From the NCBI GenBank assembly GCA_965248835.1, contig CBDFLJ010000001.1:1152001-1216000 (forward strand): a stretch of DNA of 64,000 nucleotides. The letters run 5' to 3'. Position numbers and translations under genes: made by a program. This document shows positions 1 to 10,058 of the stretch, one piece after another (position 1 is the stretch's first letter; every line of letters starts with the position of its first letter). This stretch comes from Alphaproteobacteria bacterium. Its GTDB lineage: Bacteria > Pseudomonadota > Alphaproteobacteria > MPNO01. Below the pieces are notes generated by a model. That model saw only the letters and a program-made list of their open reading frames with translations. It was not told the DNA's origin and searched no databases.

Positions 1-348
1 CCCCACGGCACGCTGGGCAAGACGCTGTATGTGATCCACACCGCGCCCAGGGCCGGCGTGAGCCCGGACCAGCTCGCCGCGGTGCTGCCGAGCCATCTCG
101 AGCACCAGGTCAGGATCGAGCAGGATGGCATCCTGTTCGCCGCCGGGCCGATGCAGACCGAGGACGGCGGCCGCCGCGGGCTGATCATCATCCGCGCCGG
201 TTCGTTCGCCGAGGCCAGAGAGATCGCCGATTCCGATCCCTTCCACGCCCAGGGCCTGCGGGAATACACGCTCGAGCGCTGGTCGATGAACGAGGGCGGG
301 TTCTCGGTCCGGATCAGCTATTCGGATCAGAAGATGACCATTGAATGA
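1..348 (+). CDS. YciI family protein (5' end probably upstream of the window)
   Basis: The frame is open from base 1. It shows the YciI pattern H...LFAAGP...GLIII.A.S..EA..IA.SDPF...G.R.Y. The stop overlaps the next ATG (ATGA). Confidence 0.75.
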   Translation, partial: PHGTLGKTLYVIHTAPRAGVSPDQLAAVLPSHLEHQVRIEQDGILFAAGPMQTEDGGRRGLIIIRAGSFAEAREIADSDPFHAQGLREYTLERWSMNEGGFSVRISYSDQKMTIE

Positions 349-1274
349 CGCTGCTTTTCGTCTCCGAGATCGATCCGGCGGATTGGTGGAAGGCGGAGCT
401 CGGACGGCGGATGCCGGCGCTCGAGGTCCGGGTCTGGCCCGAGGCCGGCGCGCTTGCGGACATCGAATACGCGCTGGTCTGGTGCCCGGAGCCCGGGATG
501 CTGGCGCGCCTGCCCAACCTGCGGGCGATCTTCTCGCTGGGCGCCGGCGTCGACCACCTGTTTTCCGATCCCGACCTGCCCAGGACCATCCCGATCACCC
601 GGCTGATCGACGTCAACCTGACCGCGCGGATGACCGAATACGTGCTGTTCCACGTGCTGCGCTGGCACCGCCAGCACGAGGCCTATACCGCTTCCCAGGC
701 GGCCGCGCGGTGGCAGGAACGTATCCAGCCGGCATCTTCGGACCGCAGCATCGGCATCCTCGGCCAGGGCGTGCTCGGCCGGGCGGCGGCCACCGCGCTC
801 GCCGGGCTGGGCTTCAAGGTCGCCGGCTGGAGCCGGACGCCCAAGGCGCTGCCGGGCATCGAGAGCTTCCACGGCGCGGGCGGGCTGATCCCGATCGCCA
901 ACCGCAGCGAGGTCCTGGTCAACATGCTGCCGCTGACGCCCGCGCTTGAAGACATCCTCGATGCGAGGCTCTTCGCCGCCCTGCCCGAGGGCGCGGCGGT
1001 GATCAATGTCGGCCGCGGCCGCCATTTGGTCGAGGACGATTTGCTGGCCGCGCTCGACAGCGGCAGGGTCTCGGCGGCGACGCTCGACGTGTTCCGCACC
1101 GAGCCGCTGCCGTCGGGCCATCCGTTCTGGAGCCACCCGGCGGTCACCATCACGCCGCACGTGGCCAGCGTCGCCGACCCGCGCACGGTGGTCGAGCAGG
1201 TGGCCGAGAACATCCGCCGCAGCCGGGCGGGCGAGCCGCTGATCGACGTGGTCGATCCGTCCGTCGGATACTGA
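345..1274 (+). CDS. ghrA: Glyoxylate/hydroxypyruvate reductase A-like D-2-hydroxyacid dehydrogenase
   Basis: SLGAGVDH, Rossmann GILGQGVLG, INVGRG, LDVF..EPLP..HPFW, ITPHVAS motifs. Confidence 0.85.
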   Translation: MTLLFVSEIDPADWWKAELGRRMPALEVRVWPEAGALADIEYALVWCPEPGMLARLPNLRAIFSLGAGVDHLFSDPDLPRTIPITRLIDVNLTARMTEYVLFHVLRWHRQHEAYTASQAAARWQERIQPASSDRSIGILGQGVLGRAAATALAGLGFKVAGWSRTPKALPGIESFHGAGGLIPIANRSEVLVNMLPLTPALEDILDARLFAALPEGAAVINVGRGRHLVEDDLLAALDSGRVSAATLDVFRTEPLPSGHPFWSHPAVTITPHVASVADPRTVVEQVAENIRRSRAGEPLIDVVDPSVGY

Positions 1275-1296
1275 GCGGGAGAAGGGGCACCGGGCG

Positions 1297-2883
1297 ATGC
1301 GCGATTTCCAGCTTCCCGGCCGTTCGGCGGTCTATGCGCGGCGCGCAATGGCGGCCACATCGCACCCGATGGCGAGCCTGACCGCGATCGAGACGCTGAA
1401 GGCCGGCGGCAACGCGGTCGATGCGGCGGTCGCCGCCGCCGGCGTGCTCGCCGTCGTCGAGCCGCACATGACCGGGATCGGCGGCGACTGCTTCGTGCTC
1501 TACGCACCAACCGGCGGCGCGGTGATCGGCTATAACGGATCGGGCCGCAGCCCGGCGGCGGCGACGCTGGAATGGTATCTCGGCCAGAATTACCCGGCGA
1601 TGCCGGCGGTCGGCCCGCACGCGGTCACCGTGCCCGGCGCGCCGGAGGCATGGGAGCGGCTGAGCCGCGACCACGGCCGCAAGGACCTGGCTGCGCTGCT
1701 GCAGCCGGCGATCAGGCTTGCCGCCGACGGCGTGCCGGTCCACCCGCGGGTGGCCCATGACTGGGCGGACTGCGTCGCGGTCCTGGATGCCACCGAGGAG
1801 ACCCGCGAGATCTATCTGAACGGCGGGCGGGCCTACTGCACCGGAGAGATCCACCGCCAGCCGGCGCTGTCGGCGACGTTGGAGCGCATCGCCGACCGCG
1901 GGACGCAGGCCTTCTACACCGGGCCGGCCGCGGATTCCATGGTGGCGACGCTCAACCGCTATGGCGGGCTGCATGCGCAGGAGGACTTCGCCGCCCACCG
2001 CGGCGCGTATGTCGAGCCGATCTCGACCACCTATCGCGGCCACCTGGTCCACGAGTGCCCGCCCAACGGCCAAGGCCTGACCGCGCTGTTGATGCTCAAC
2101 ATATTGGAGGGGTTCGATCTCGCCGGGCGCGCGCCGATGGACCCGCGGCGGCTCCATCTCGAGGCCGAGGCCGGCCGGCTCGCCTACCGCGACCGCGACC
2201 GCTATCTCGGCGACCCGGCAGCAGCTTCGATCCCGGTCGAGGAACTGCTCTCGGAGGCCTATGCCGCGGAGCTGCGCGGCCACATCGGACCGGACCGGGC
2301 GATGGCGCCGCTGCCCGAGACCGCGCCGGCCGGCTGGTCCGATACCGTCTATCTCGCCGTCGTCGATGAGGACGGCAACGCGATCAGCTTCATCAACTCG
2401 CTGTTCGCGTTGTTCGGCTCGGGCATTGCCGACGCCGCCACCGGGGTGCTGTTCCAGAACCGCGGCAGCTCGTTCCAGCTCCGCCACGGCCACGCCAACG
2501 CCATCGGCCCGTCGAAGCGCGCCATGCACACCATCATGCCCGGCATGCTCACCCGGGACGGAAGCGCGCGGATGCCTTTCGGCGTGATGGGTGGGCACTA
2601 CCAGCCGTTCGGCCACGCCCATCTGCTGAGCAACGTGCTCGATTGCGGGCTCGACGTGCAGCAGGCGATCGATGCGCCGCGGATATTTCATTTCGGCGGG
2701 GTGCTGGCGCTGGAAGCGGGGGTGCCGCAAGCCACCGCCGATGCGCTGGCGGCGCTCGGCCATGACGTCCGCCGGGCGGGGGCGCCGTTCGGCGGCGGCC
2801 AGGCGGTGATGATCGACCGCGAGGCCGGGGTGCTGACCGGCGGCTCCGATCCCCGCAAGGACGGCTGCGCGCTGGGCTATTGA
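1297..2883 (+). CDS. Gamma-glutamyltransferase family Ntn-hydrolase
   Basis: GGNAVDAA, TGIGGDCF, the nucleophile Thr in DTVY, FGVMGG..QP and C-terminal GSDPRKDGCALG. No signal peptide. Confidence 0.9.
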   Translation: MRDFQLPGRSAVYARRAMAATSHPMASLTAIETLKAGGNAVDAAVAAAGVLAVVEPHMTGIGGDCFVLYAPTGGAVIGYNGSGRSPAAATLEWYLGQNYPAMPAVGPHAVTVPGAPEAWERLSRDHGRKDLAALLQPAIRLAADGVPVHPRVAHDWADCVAVLDATEETREIYLNGGRAYCTGEIHRQPALSATLERIADRGTQAFYTGPAADSMVATLNRYGGLHAQEDFAAHRGAYVEPISTTYRGHLVHECPPNGQGLTALLMLNILEGFDLAGRAPMDPRRLHLEAEAGRLAYRDRDRYLGDPAAASIPVEELLSEAYAAELRGHIGPDRAMAPLPETAPAGWSDTVYLAVVDEDGNAISFINSLFALFGSGIADAATGVLFQNRGSSFQLRHGHANAIGPSKRAMHTIMPGMLTRDGSARMPFGVMGGHYQPFGHAHLLSNVLDCGLDVQQAIDAPRIFHFGGVLALEAGVPQATADALAALGHDVRRAGAPFGGGQAVMIDREAGVLTGGSDPRKDGCALGY

Positions 2884-2935
2884 GGACGCGACGGGCTCGG
2901 CATAGGCTGGGCGAAGGCTGCGGAAAGGACGGGTC

Positions 2936-3337
2936 ATGGCAAAGCTGCGCCACATCGCGATCGCCTGCGACGATGTCGAAGCGACCGCGAAGTTCTACGA
3001 GGATGTCTTCGGCATGGAGCGGGTCGGGACCTCGGAGTCCTCGCTCGCCGACGGGGTCTATTTGTCCGACGGGGTGATCAACCTCGCGGTGCTCGACTAC
3101 AAGACCGACCAGGCCGCCGGCGAAGAGCGCGGCAAGGACTATGTCGGGGTCCACCATTTCGGCTTCTGGGTCGAGGATCTCGAAGCGGCCGAGAAGTCGA
3201 TCGAGGCCCATGGCGGGGCGTTCTTCCTCGACCTGCCGGTCGACAAGGACTCACTCTACTACGAGAAGAAGTACCGCGACCCCAACGGCATCATCTTCGA
3301 CATCTCTCACAACGGCTGGGTCGGCACCAGCAAGTAG
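2936..3337 (+). CDS. VOC (glyoxalase/bleomycin resistance) family protein
   Basis: LRHIAI...FYEDVFG, HHFGFWVEDL, DPNG motifs; SD-like GAAAGGA upstream. Confidence 0.85.
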   Translation: MAKLRHIAIACDDVEATAKFYEDVFGMERVGTSESSLADGVYLSDGVINLAVLDYKTDQAAGEERGKDYVGVHHFGFWVEDLEAAEKSIEAHGGAFFLDLPVDKDSLYYEKKYRDPNGIIFDISHNGWVGTSK

Positions 3338-3351
3338 GCGGCTTCGCCGGC

Positions 3352-4566
3352 TCACACGAACGGGTCGGGGCAGGGCTCGCCCAGCGCCACGGCGCCGTGG
3401 ATCGCCCCCTGGACGTCCCAGGTGAGCGCGATGTGCTGGGCGACGGCATGGGCATCCCGCCAGGCGCGGTTGACCGGGTCGTCCGCCGCCAGCCCGCCGG
3501 CGCCGGTGATCGGCAGGACACGGTCGATCGCCCGGCAGCACACGCGCGCCGCATAGCCGTTGTCGCGCCGGTAGCGGGCGCGCTGCTCCAGCGGAGGGAT
3601 GTCGCCGGCCTCGCCCCAGGCGATGATCTCGTGCCGGTTGCGGTCGACCAGGGCGTAGGCGGCATCGATCTCGGCAAGCGATTCGGCGACGCGGAGCTGC
3701 ACGGCCTGCTGCTGGGCGATCCGGACGTTGGTGAAGGACCGCTTGTCGGCGATCGCGCCGACGACGGCCTCGAGCCCGCCGCGCGCCGCGCCGATCACTG
3801 TGCCGACCAGGTTGAACGAGAACACCGCAAGCTGCGGCAAGCGGTAGAGATAGCCGTCATTGACCGCGCGGCCGGGCCCGTTGCCGTCGCACATGTCCCG
3901 CATGCTGCCCAGCCTGTAATCGGGGACGAACACGTCCTCGAGGATCAGATCGTTGCTGCCGGTGCCGGCGAGCCCGGTGGCGTTCCAGCAATCCTCGATC
4001 CGGCAGTCCGACAGCGGGACCAGCGCGAAGAAGGCTGCCGGCGGGCCGTTGTCCTCGGCGGGCACGCGGGCAAGCACCATCACCCAGTCGCAGTAGTCGA
4101 CGCCGCTGGAGAACTCCCATCGGCCGGACAGGCGCAGCCCGCCCGACGCGCGCGCGACCCGCGGCGCGCGGTTGAGAAAGGACGAGGCCACGGTGGTGTC
4201 GGGATTGCTGCCCCAGACATCGGCCTGGGCTTCGCCGGGCAGCATGCCCAGCATCCAGGCGTGGCAGGCAAAGATCGCCGTCACCCAGCCGCTCGACGCA
4301 CAGGCGCGGGCGAGCTCCATCGACAGGTCGGTCTGGATTCCGAACGGAAGCTCGAGCCCGCCGAAGCCGCGCGGCTGCATCACACGGTAGAACCCGGCCT
4401 CGCGGAAACGCCGATCGAACTCGGGCAGCAGCCGCCGGTTGGCCTCGGTCGCCGCCGCGCCAGCGCGCAGGTCCGGCAGCATCGATCGTGCGGCGGCAAG
4501 GATCGTCTCCGTGCTGGAAATGGCTCTCTCCCGGCCGATCGCCTCTGGGCATGGGTTGCGTTCCAC
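3352..4566 (-). CDS. Flavin-dependent monooxygenase oxygenase component, acyl-CoA dehydrogenase fold (HsaA/HpaH-like); start uncertain (GTG 4566 or ATT 4521)
   Basis: P..FGGLE, LSGRWEFSSGVD, W..TGLAGTGSND, RAWRDAHAVAQH motifs. Confidence 0.85.
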   Translation of the reverse strand: MERNPCPEAIGRERAISSTETILAAARSMLPDLRAGAAATEANRRLLPEFDRRFREAGFYRVMQPRGFGGLELPFGIQTDLSMELARACASSGWVTAIFACHAWMLGMLPGEAQADVWGSNPDTTVASSFLNRAPRVARASGGLRLSGRWEFSSGVDYCDWVMVLARVPAEDNGPPAAFFALVPLSDCRIEDCWNATGLAGTGSNDLILEDVFVPDYRLGSMRDMCDGNGPGRAVNDGYLYRLPQLAVFSFNLVGTVIGAARGGLEAVVGAIADKRSFTNVRIAQQQAVQLRVAESLAEIDAAYALVDRNRHEIIAWGEAGDIPPLEQRARYRRDNGYAARVCCRAIDRVLPITGAGGLAADDPVNRAWRDAHAVAQHIALTWDVQGAIHGAVALGEPCPDPFV

Positions 4567-4622
4567 CGTAACATCGCAGGGGCGGGTTTCGCACCCGCCA
4601 TTGCAACGCGATGAGGCCGACC

Positions 4623-5528
4623 ATGACAGAGCCACGCGTCAGCGGCGTGTCCAGCGTCGAGTTCGCCGTCCGGGATATCGCGGCGGCCACCGCGTTCTAT
4701 GCCGACACCTGGGCGCTGGAGCAGGTGGCCGAAAGCGGCGGCGCGCGGTATTTCCGCGGCACCGGGCCCGACCACCACATCCTGGTCCTGCATCCCGGCG
4801 CCGAGGCCGCGCTGGCCCGGGTCAACATGACCGCGCCCGACGAGGAAGCGGTCGATGGGCTGCATGGCCGGCTCGCAGGGCTCGGCCTGCCGGCGATCGG
4901 CGATCCGGGGCCGATCAACCGGCCGGGCGGCGGCTACGGGTTCGATTTCCGCGACCCCGAAGGGCGCGCCCTGTCGATCCTCGCCGGCGCGGCAACCCAC
5001 GCCGGGACCGCCGATGTCGAGGATCGGCCGCGCAAGATCTCGCACTGCGTGCTGACGACCGGCGACATGGAGGGATCGGTGTCCTTCTTCACCGACGCGC
5101 TGGGGTTCGCCATCAGCGACAGGACCCGGATGCTGTCCTTCCTGCGCTGCAACGCCGACCACCATTCGATCGCACTGGGCAACGGCCACGGCTCGAGCCT
5201 GCACCATATCGCCTTCGAGATGCCCGACCTGGAATCGGTGATGCGCGGCGCCGGGCGGATGCGCGCGGCCGGCTATCCGATCGAGTGGGGCGTCGGCCGG
5301 CACGGTCCGGGCAACAACGTGTTCGCCTATTTCCTGGGGCCCGAGGACTTCGTGATCGAATACACCGCCGAGGTCGAGCAAGTCGACGACAGCTACCCGA
5401 CCGGCGGGCCGGACGACTGGGGCTTCCCCGAGGGGCGGTCGGACCACTGGGGAGTGACCGACCCGCCATCGCAGGGGATGCGCGCCGCCCATGACAAGAT
5501 CGCTTTCGTCCCGGCAGAAGCCGGCTGA
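4623..5528 (+). CDS. Two-domain VOC protein, extradiol dioxygenase-like
   Basis: ISHCVL, DHHSI, LHHIAFE, WGVGRHGPGNNVFAYF..P....IEY (His/His/Glu metal triad). Confidence 0.85.
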   Translation: MTEPRVSGVSSVEFAVRDIAAATAFYADTWALEQVAESGGARYFRGTGPDHHILVLHPGAEAALARVNMTAPDEEAVDGLHGRLAGLGLPAIGDPGPINRPGGGYGFDFRDPEGRALSILAGAATHAGTADVEDRPRKISHCVLTTGDMEGSVSFFTDALGFAISDRTRMLSFLRCNADHHSIALGNGHGSSLHHIAFEMPDLESVMRGAGRMRAAGYPIEWGVGRHGPGNNVFAYFLGPEDFVIEYTAEVEQVDDSYPTGGPDDWGFPEGRSDHWGVTDPPSQGMRAAHDKIAFVPAEAG

Positions 5529-5544
5529 AGGAGATATCGACGGC

Positions 5545-6495
5545 ATGAATTTCACCGGTATCCAGACGCTCGTCTTCTCGAGCCCCGACATGAAGACCGC
5601 CCGACGGTTCTACACCGACTGGGGGCTGAAGAAGGTCAGCGACGGCCGCGCGGGCGCGGTCTTCGAGACCGCGGTCGGCTCGCAGATCATCATCCGCCCG
5701 GCAACGTCCAAGGCGCTGCCGCCGGCCGCCGCACCCGGCATGCATTTCCGCGAGATGATCTGGGGCGTGGCCACGAAACGCGACCTGGCCGCCGTCCACA
5801 AGGAGGTCGCAAGGGACCGCGAGGTCTCCGTCGATGCCGACGGCACCATCCGCTGCATCGATCCGTGCAATCTCGCGGTCGGCTTCCGGGTATGGAAGCA
5901 ACGGCCCAGGGTCAAGGCGCAGCGCGCGGCGCTCAACAGCTTCGACAGCATCGAGCGCGTCGACCGGCGGGCGCCGATCTACGACCGGGCACAGCCGATC
6001 CGGATGGGCCATATCGGCTTCATCCTGCCCGACATCAAGGCCGCCGAAGCGTTCTATCACGGGCGGCTGGGCTTTCCGATCTCCGACCGCTATGCCGGAG
6101 GCGCGGCGGTGTTCATGCGCTGCGCGGCCGAGGAGGACCACCACAACCTGTTCCTGATCAACAGCCGCGGCGGGCCGATGAAATTCCACCATGTCGCCTT
6201 CGAGGTGCGCGACATCCACGAGGTCTTCGCCGGCGGGCTGCATTTCGACCGCAAGGGCTGGCAGACCGAGGTCGGGCCGGGCCGCCATCCGGTCTCCTCG
6301 GCCTATTTCTGGTACTTCAAGAGCCCGTGCGAGGGCGCGGTGGAGTACTACACCGATTCCGACCACGTGACGGAAGACTGGAAGCCGACATCGTTCCGCA
6401 ACAACCGTTTCTCGGAATGGCACCTGGTCGACGGCATCCGGCAAGGCGATGACGGCATGGTCCGCCCGTCGATGGCCGCCAACCGGCAACAGTAG
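5545..6495 (+). CDS. Two-domain VOC protein, extradiol dioxygenase-like
   Basis: Strong SD GAAGGAG before ATG 5545; MGHIG, HHNLF, HHVAFE, GPGRHPVSSAYFWYF.SP..AVEY. Confidence 0.85.
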   Translation: MNFTGIQTLVFSSPDMKTARRFYTDWGLKKVSDGRAGAVFETAVGSQIIIRPATSKALPPAAAPGMHFREMIWGVATKRDLAAVHKEVARDREVSVDADGTIRCIDPCNLAVGFRVWKQRPRVKAQRAALNSFDSIERVDRRAPIYDRAQPIRMGHIGFILPDIKAAEAFYHGRLGFPISDRYAGGAAVFMRCAAEEDHHNLFLINSRGGPMKFHHVAFEVRDIHEVFAGGLHFDRKGWQTEVGPGRHPVSSAYFWYFKSPCEGAVEYYTDSDHVTEDWKPTSFRNNRFSEWHLVDGIRQGDDGMVRPSMAANRQQ

Positions 6496-6508
6496 GGCGC
6501 CGCCGCGA

Positions 6509-7573
6509 ATGTTTCTGAGGAACTGCTGGTACGCCGCGACGTGGTCCAAGGATCTCGGCCGCGGCCCATTCGCCCGCACGCTGCTGAACGAGCCGGTGGT
6601 GATGTACCGCAAGGAAAACGGCGATCCGGTGGCGCTGGCCGACCGGTGCTGCCACCGCGCCGCGCCGCTCTCGCGCGGGGTCTGCGTCGGCGACCGCCTG
6701 GAATGCGGCTATCACGGCCTGCAATACGACCCCGACGGCACCGTGGCGGTGGTGCCGGGCCAGTCCAGCGTGCCGCCGGGCGCGGCGGTCAAGAGCTATC
6801 CGCTGCGCGAGAAATGGAACGTGGTGTGGATCTGGATGGGCGATCCGGGCGCGGTCGACGACGCGCTGATCCCCGATCTGTTCTGGCTCGACGATCCGGG
6901 ATGGATCGCGACACCGGGGTACTTCCACATGGCGGGCAACTATCAGCTCATCGTCGACAACCTGCTGGACCTGACCCATGTGGTCTATCTGCACAAGAAC
7001 ACGATCGCCGGCGATCCGGCCGAGGCGGTCACGCCGACCAGGACCGAACGGCTGGAGAACGGGGTGGCGGTGGGCCGCTGGATGATCGACATCGCCGCGC
7101 CGCCGCTGTTCGCGCAGGCCGGCGGGTTCGACACCAACGTCGATCGCTGGCAGCAGGTCACCTGGCGGCCGGCGGCGAACATCTTTCTCGATATCGGATG
7201 CGCAACCACCGGCACCGGCGCGCCCGAGGGCAACCGCAGCCATGGGATCTCGATCTGGTCGACCCATCTCGTGACCCCGGAGACCGAGACGACGACCTAT
7301 TACCACTGGGCCTACGCGCGCAACTTCAGGCTGGACGACCACGCGCTGACCAGGACGCTCTACGAGGGCTCGCGGGCGACGTTCTACGAGGACGTGGAGA
7401 TGATCGGCGCCCAGCAGCAGCGGCTGGGCGGGTCGCGCCTCGACGGGATGATCGACATCAACGCCGACAACGCCCAACTCCAGGCGCGATCGATGCTCGC
7501 AGAAATGATCCTTGCGGAATCGTCCCAACTTGCGAATGATACGGATGCGCGCCCCAGGACCGTGGCAAGGTGA
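6509..7573 (+). CDS. Rieske oxygenase, VanA/O-demethylase-like alpha subunit
   Basis: MFLRNCWY start; Rieske CCHR...CGYHG; iron site DNLLDLTHVVYLH; TPET and EDV motifs. Confidence 0.9.
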   Translation: MFLRNCWYAATWSKDLGRGPFARTLLNEPVVMYRKENGDPVALADRCCHRAAPLSRGVCVGDRLECGYHGLQYDPDGTVAVVPGQSSVPPGAAVKSYPLREKWNVVWIWMGDPGAVDDALIPDLFWLDDPGWIATPGYFHMAGNYQLIVDNLLDLTHVVYLHKNTIAGDPAEAVTPTRTERLENGVAVGRWMIDIAAPPLFAQAGGFDTNVDRWQQVTWRPAANIFLDIGCATTGTGAPEGNRSHGISIWSTHLVTPETETTTYYHWAYARNFRLDDHALTRTLYEGSRATFYEDVEMIGAQQQRLGGSRLDGMIDINADNAQLQARSMLAEMILAESSQLANDTDARPRTVAR

Positions 7574-7690
7574 CGACGGTGTCGGATGCGCGATCGGGGC
7601 GTATGCGTGCCACTTTGAAAGCCAGTAGGCGAGGATTTGTGGCGCGGATCATGAGTGAATCCCCAGACTATCAGCTTGAAAGGAGCTGGA

Positions 7691-7900
7691 ATGCCGAACG
7701 GAACCGTTAAATGGTTCAACGCGACCAAAGGGTTTGGCTTCATCGTGCCCGACGACGGCACGAAGGACGCCTTCGTACACATCTCCGCGGTCGAGCGCGC
7801 CGGACTGTCCGGATTGCGTGAGGGCCAGAAGATTACCTATGAGCTTGTGACCGGACGCAACGGCCGCACCTCTGCGGAAAACCTGGTCGTCGAAGACTGA
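7691..7900 (+). CDS. cspA: Cold-shock protein (CspA family)
   Basis: GTVKWFNATKGFGFI, DAFVHISA RNP motifs; SD AAAGGAG. Confidence 0.95.
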   Translation: MPNGTVKWFNATKGFGFIVPDDGTKDAFVHISAVERAGLSGLREGQKITYELVTGRNGRTSAENLVVED

Positions 7901-8148
7901 TCGGGCCAGCCGGTCCAACCCCAGGCGCAACAGCGCCTTGCCGCCCCAAGGAGGCTAGACTCTCCGGCACAATGAAACTGCGATAGAAAACGCGGGCAGA
8001 TTGGCCCCGCGTCAGGGCGGCCAGACGATCTCTTTCGAGCCGATGTCGAACACCGGATCCCTGCCAACCGACGGATAGCGTGCGCTTTCCGTGAGGGGCG
8101 GTTTTGCCTTGCCCGGGCAGGCGACGGGGGTTCGCGCAGCCCGCTTGC

Positions 8149-9972
8149 CTATTTCAGGCGAGTCTGGACGTCGACCAGTGCCACGCCGCCGCGCCGGACC
8201 TCGGCCACGGCTTGTTTCATCGTGCCCGCGAGATCGCCCGGCTCGATGATCGGGCCCGCCCCCCAGGCGCCGTAGCCGCGCGCGATGGCCGCATAGTCGG
8301 GCTCGGGCGCGACCATCCGCTGACCGATCCAGGCATTCTCCACCGGGCGGCCGCGCTGTTCGGCGAGCGCGATCTGGTGCTCCTCGTCGTTGCCGAACGA
8401 GGTGTTGTTGTGCAGCACGATCAGCAGCGGCAAGCGGTAGTGACAGGCGGTCCACAGCGCACACGGGTTCATGGTGAAGTCGCCGTCGCCGAGGATCGCT
8501 ACCGTCATCTTGCCGGTGTCCTTCAGCGCCAGCGCCGCGCCGACCACGCCGCCCGGACCATAGCCCACGCCGCCGCCGCCGTTATGGCCCAGCAGCCGGC
8601 CCGAACCGGGGAAATCCCAGATCCCCTCGTACCAGCTACGCCCGTTGCGGGCGACCAGCACCCAATCCTCCTCGCGGACGGCCTGCCAGACCTCCGACAT
8701 CATGCGCGGCACCGTGATCGGGACGTCGTCCCAGTCTTCCTGGACGCGGGCGCGCTGGGCCTCGCGTATCCCCTCCTGGCGGACGGCAAGCGCCGCCCGC
8801 CTGGCGTGCGCACGCTCGACCCACACCGGTGCGCCCGCAGCGCGGCGCTTGAGCTCGGTGAGTAGCTGGCCCAGCCCGTGGACCGGATCGGCCAGCAGCA
8901 GCACGTCGGCCGGGGAGCCGGCGCCGCCGGCGTTCGACCAGTGATCGACCGCGAGGTCGTTGACCGACAGGTCGATCACCTTGCGCGTGCCCGTGGTGGC
9001 GTTGCGCGTGTCACCCCGCGCGCCGGCATAGCCGCCAGTCAACGCGGTCAAATCGGGGCAGTCGATGCCGAGCACGACATCGGACTGGCTGCGGATCTCA
9101 TCGCGCGGGCCGCGGTAGCCCGGGTTCAGGTTCTGCGGATGGGCGGTGGGCACGCAGACGATGTCGGTGCCGTCCTGGTAAGCCGCCCCGAGAAGCTCGA
9201 TGAGCTCGACCAGGGGACGGTCAATGCCCTCCTTGCGGCCGAACCGGCCGCCGAAGACCAGCGGGCAGGCAGCCTCGACCAACAGGTCGGCCGCGGCCTC
9301 GACCGCCTCGGCCGGGGCGGCGAGTGGCGGCGCCGGCCGATAGCGCGGCAGCCCGACATCGGGCAGGTCGGGGATGCTAGCGAGCTTCGCCTCCTGCAGC
9401 CCCGCGTCGATCGAGACGTAGGTAGGCCTGGTCGGTGCGCTCTCGGCGATGCGGCGGGCACGCAGGATCGAATCCAGCGCCGCGGCCAGGCTCGGCGGCT
9501 CGTCGGTCCATTTGGTGTAGGGCCTGACGGCCTCGCACTGGGTGTTGGCCGAATGCAGCCAGTCGATCGCCCGGCGATCGGCCGGATCGATCGGCCCGGA
9601 GCCGCCCAGCACCAGGATCGGCACCTCGTCGCACCAGGCGTTGTAGAAGGCCATCATCGCGTGCTGCAGCCCGACCAGGTCGTGCAGGACGACCAGGCTC
9701 GCCTTGCCGGTGACCTTGCTGTAGCCCTGCGCCATGTGCAGCGCCACCTCCTCGGCGCCGCACAGGATGATCTGCGGCCGGGTGTTGCGGGTGTAGTTGA
9801 CCAGCGAGTCGTGCAGCCCGCGGAAGCTCGAACCCGGCGTCAGCATCACGTACTCGAAGCCCATCGCCTGGATCAGGTCGCAGATCACATCCGAGCCGTA
9901 CTCGGCATCCATCCGGTTGCGCGGCAGGTTGACCGGTGCCTCGGATTGAAAGTTCGCCCGTCCCTGATCCAT
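8149..9972 (-). CDS. Thiamine pyrophosphate-binding enzyme (acetolactate synthase/decarboxylase-like superfamily)
   Basis: YGSD...PGSSFRGLHDSLVN N-terminus; GDGDF...NN TPP motif. Real start is MDQGR at 9972; the 921-aa ORF call is a 5' over-extension. Confidence 0.85.
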   Translation of the reverse strand: MDQGRANFQSEAPVNLPRNRMDAEYGSDVICDLIQAMGFEYVMLTPGSSFRGLHDSLVNYTRNTRPQIILCGAEEVALHMAQGYSKVTGKASLVVLHDLVGLQHAMMAFYNAWCDEVPILVLGGSGPIDPADRRAIDWLHSANTQCEAVRPYTKWTDEPPSLAAALDSILRARRIAESAPTRPTYVSIDAGLQEAKLASIPDLPDVGLPRYRPAPPLAAPAEAVEAAADLLVEAACPLVFGGRFGRKEGIDRPLVELIELLGAAYQDGTDIVCVPTAHPQNLNPGYRGPRDEIRSQSDVVLGIDCPDLTALTGGYAGARGDTRNATTGTRKVIDLSVNDLAVDHWSNAGGAGSPADVLLLADPVHGLGQLLTELKRRAAGAPVWVERAHARRAALAVRQEGIREAQRARVQEDWDDVPITVPRMMSEVWQAVREEDWVLVARNGRSWYEGIWDFPGSGRLLGHNGGGGVGYGPGGVVGAALALKDTGKMTVAILGDGDFTMNPCALWTACHYRLPLLIVLHNNTSFGNDEEHQIALAEQRGRPVENAWIGQRMVAPEPDYAAIARGYGAWGAGPIIEPGDLAGTMKQAVAEVRRGGVALVDVQTRLK

Positions 9973-10009
9973 CGCCTGTGCTCTTTCCTCGCGCCGGTTC
10001 GGTGCGGTC

Positions 10010-10038
10010 AGTGTGGCCATCCCGGGCCGGGCTGCCAA
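10010..10038 (-). promoter_or_regulatory. Possible sigma70-type promoter for the TPP enzyme gene
   Basis: TTGGCA-N17-CACACT on the minus strand about 40 nt upstream of ATG 9972; pattern match only. Confidence 0.25.
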
Positions 10039-10058
10039 GCGCCGGTCCGGGCGATCGG

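Noticed and set aside
7947-7986. AAGGAGG followed by the tiny ORF MKLR*
   Set aside because: The SD-to-ATG spacing (about 17 nt) is too long and the ORF is only 4 codons.
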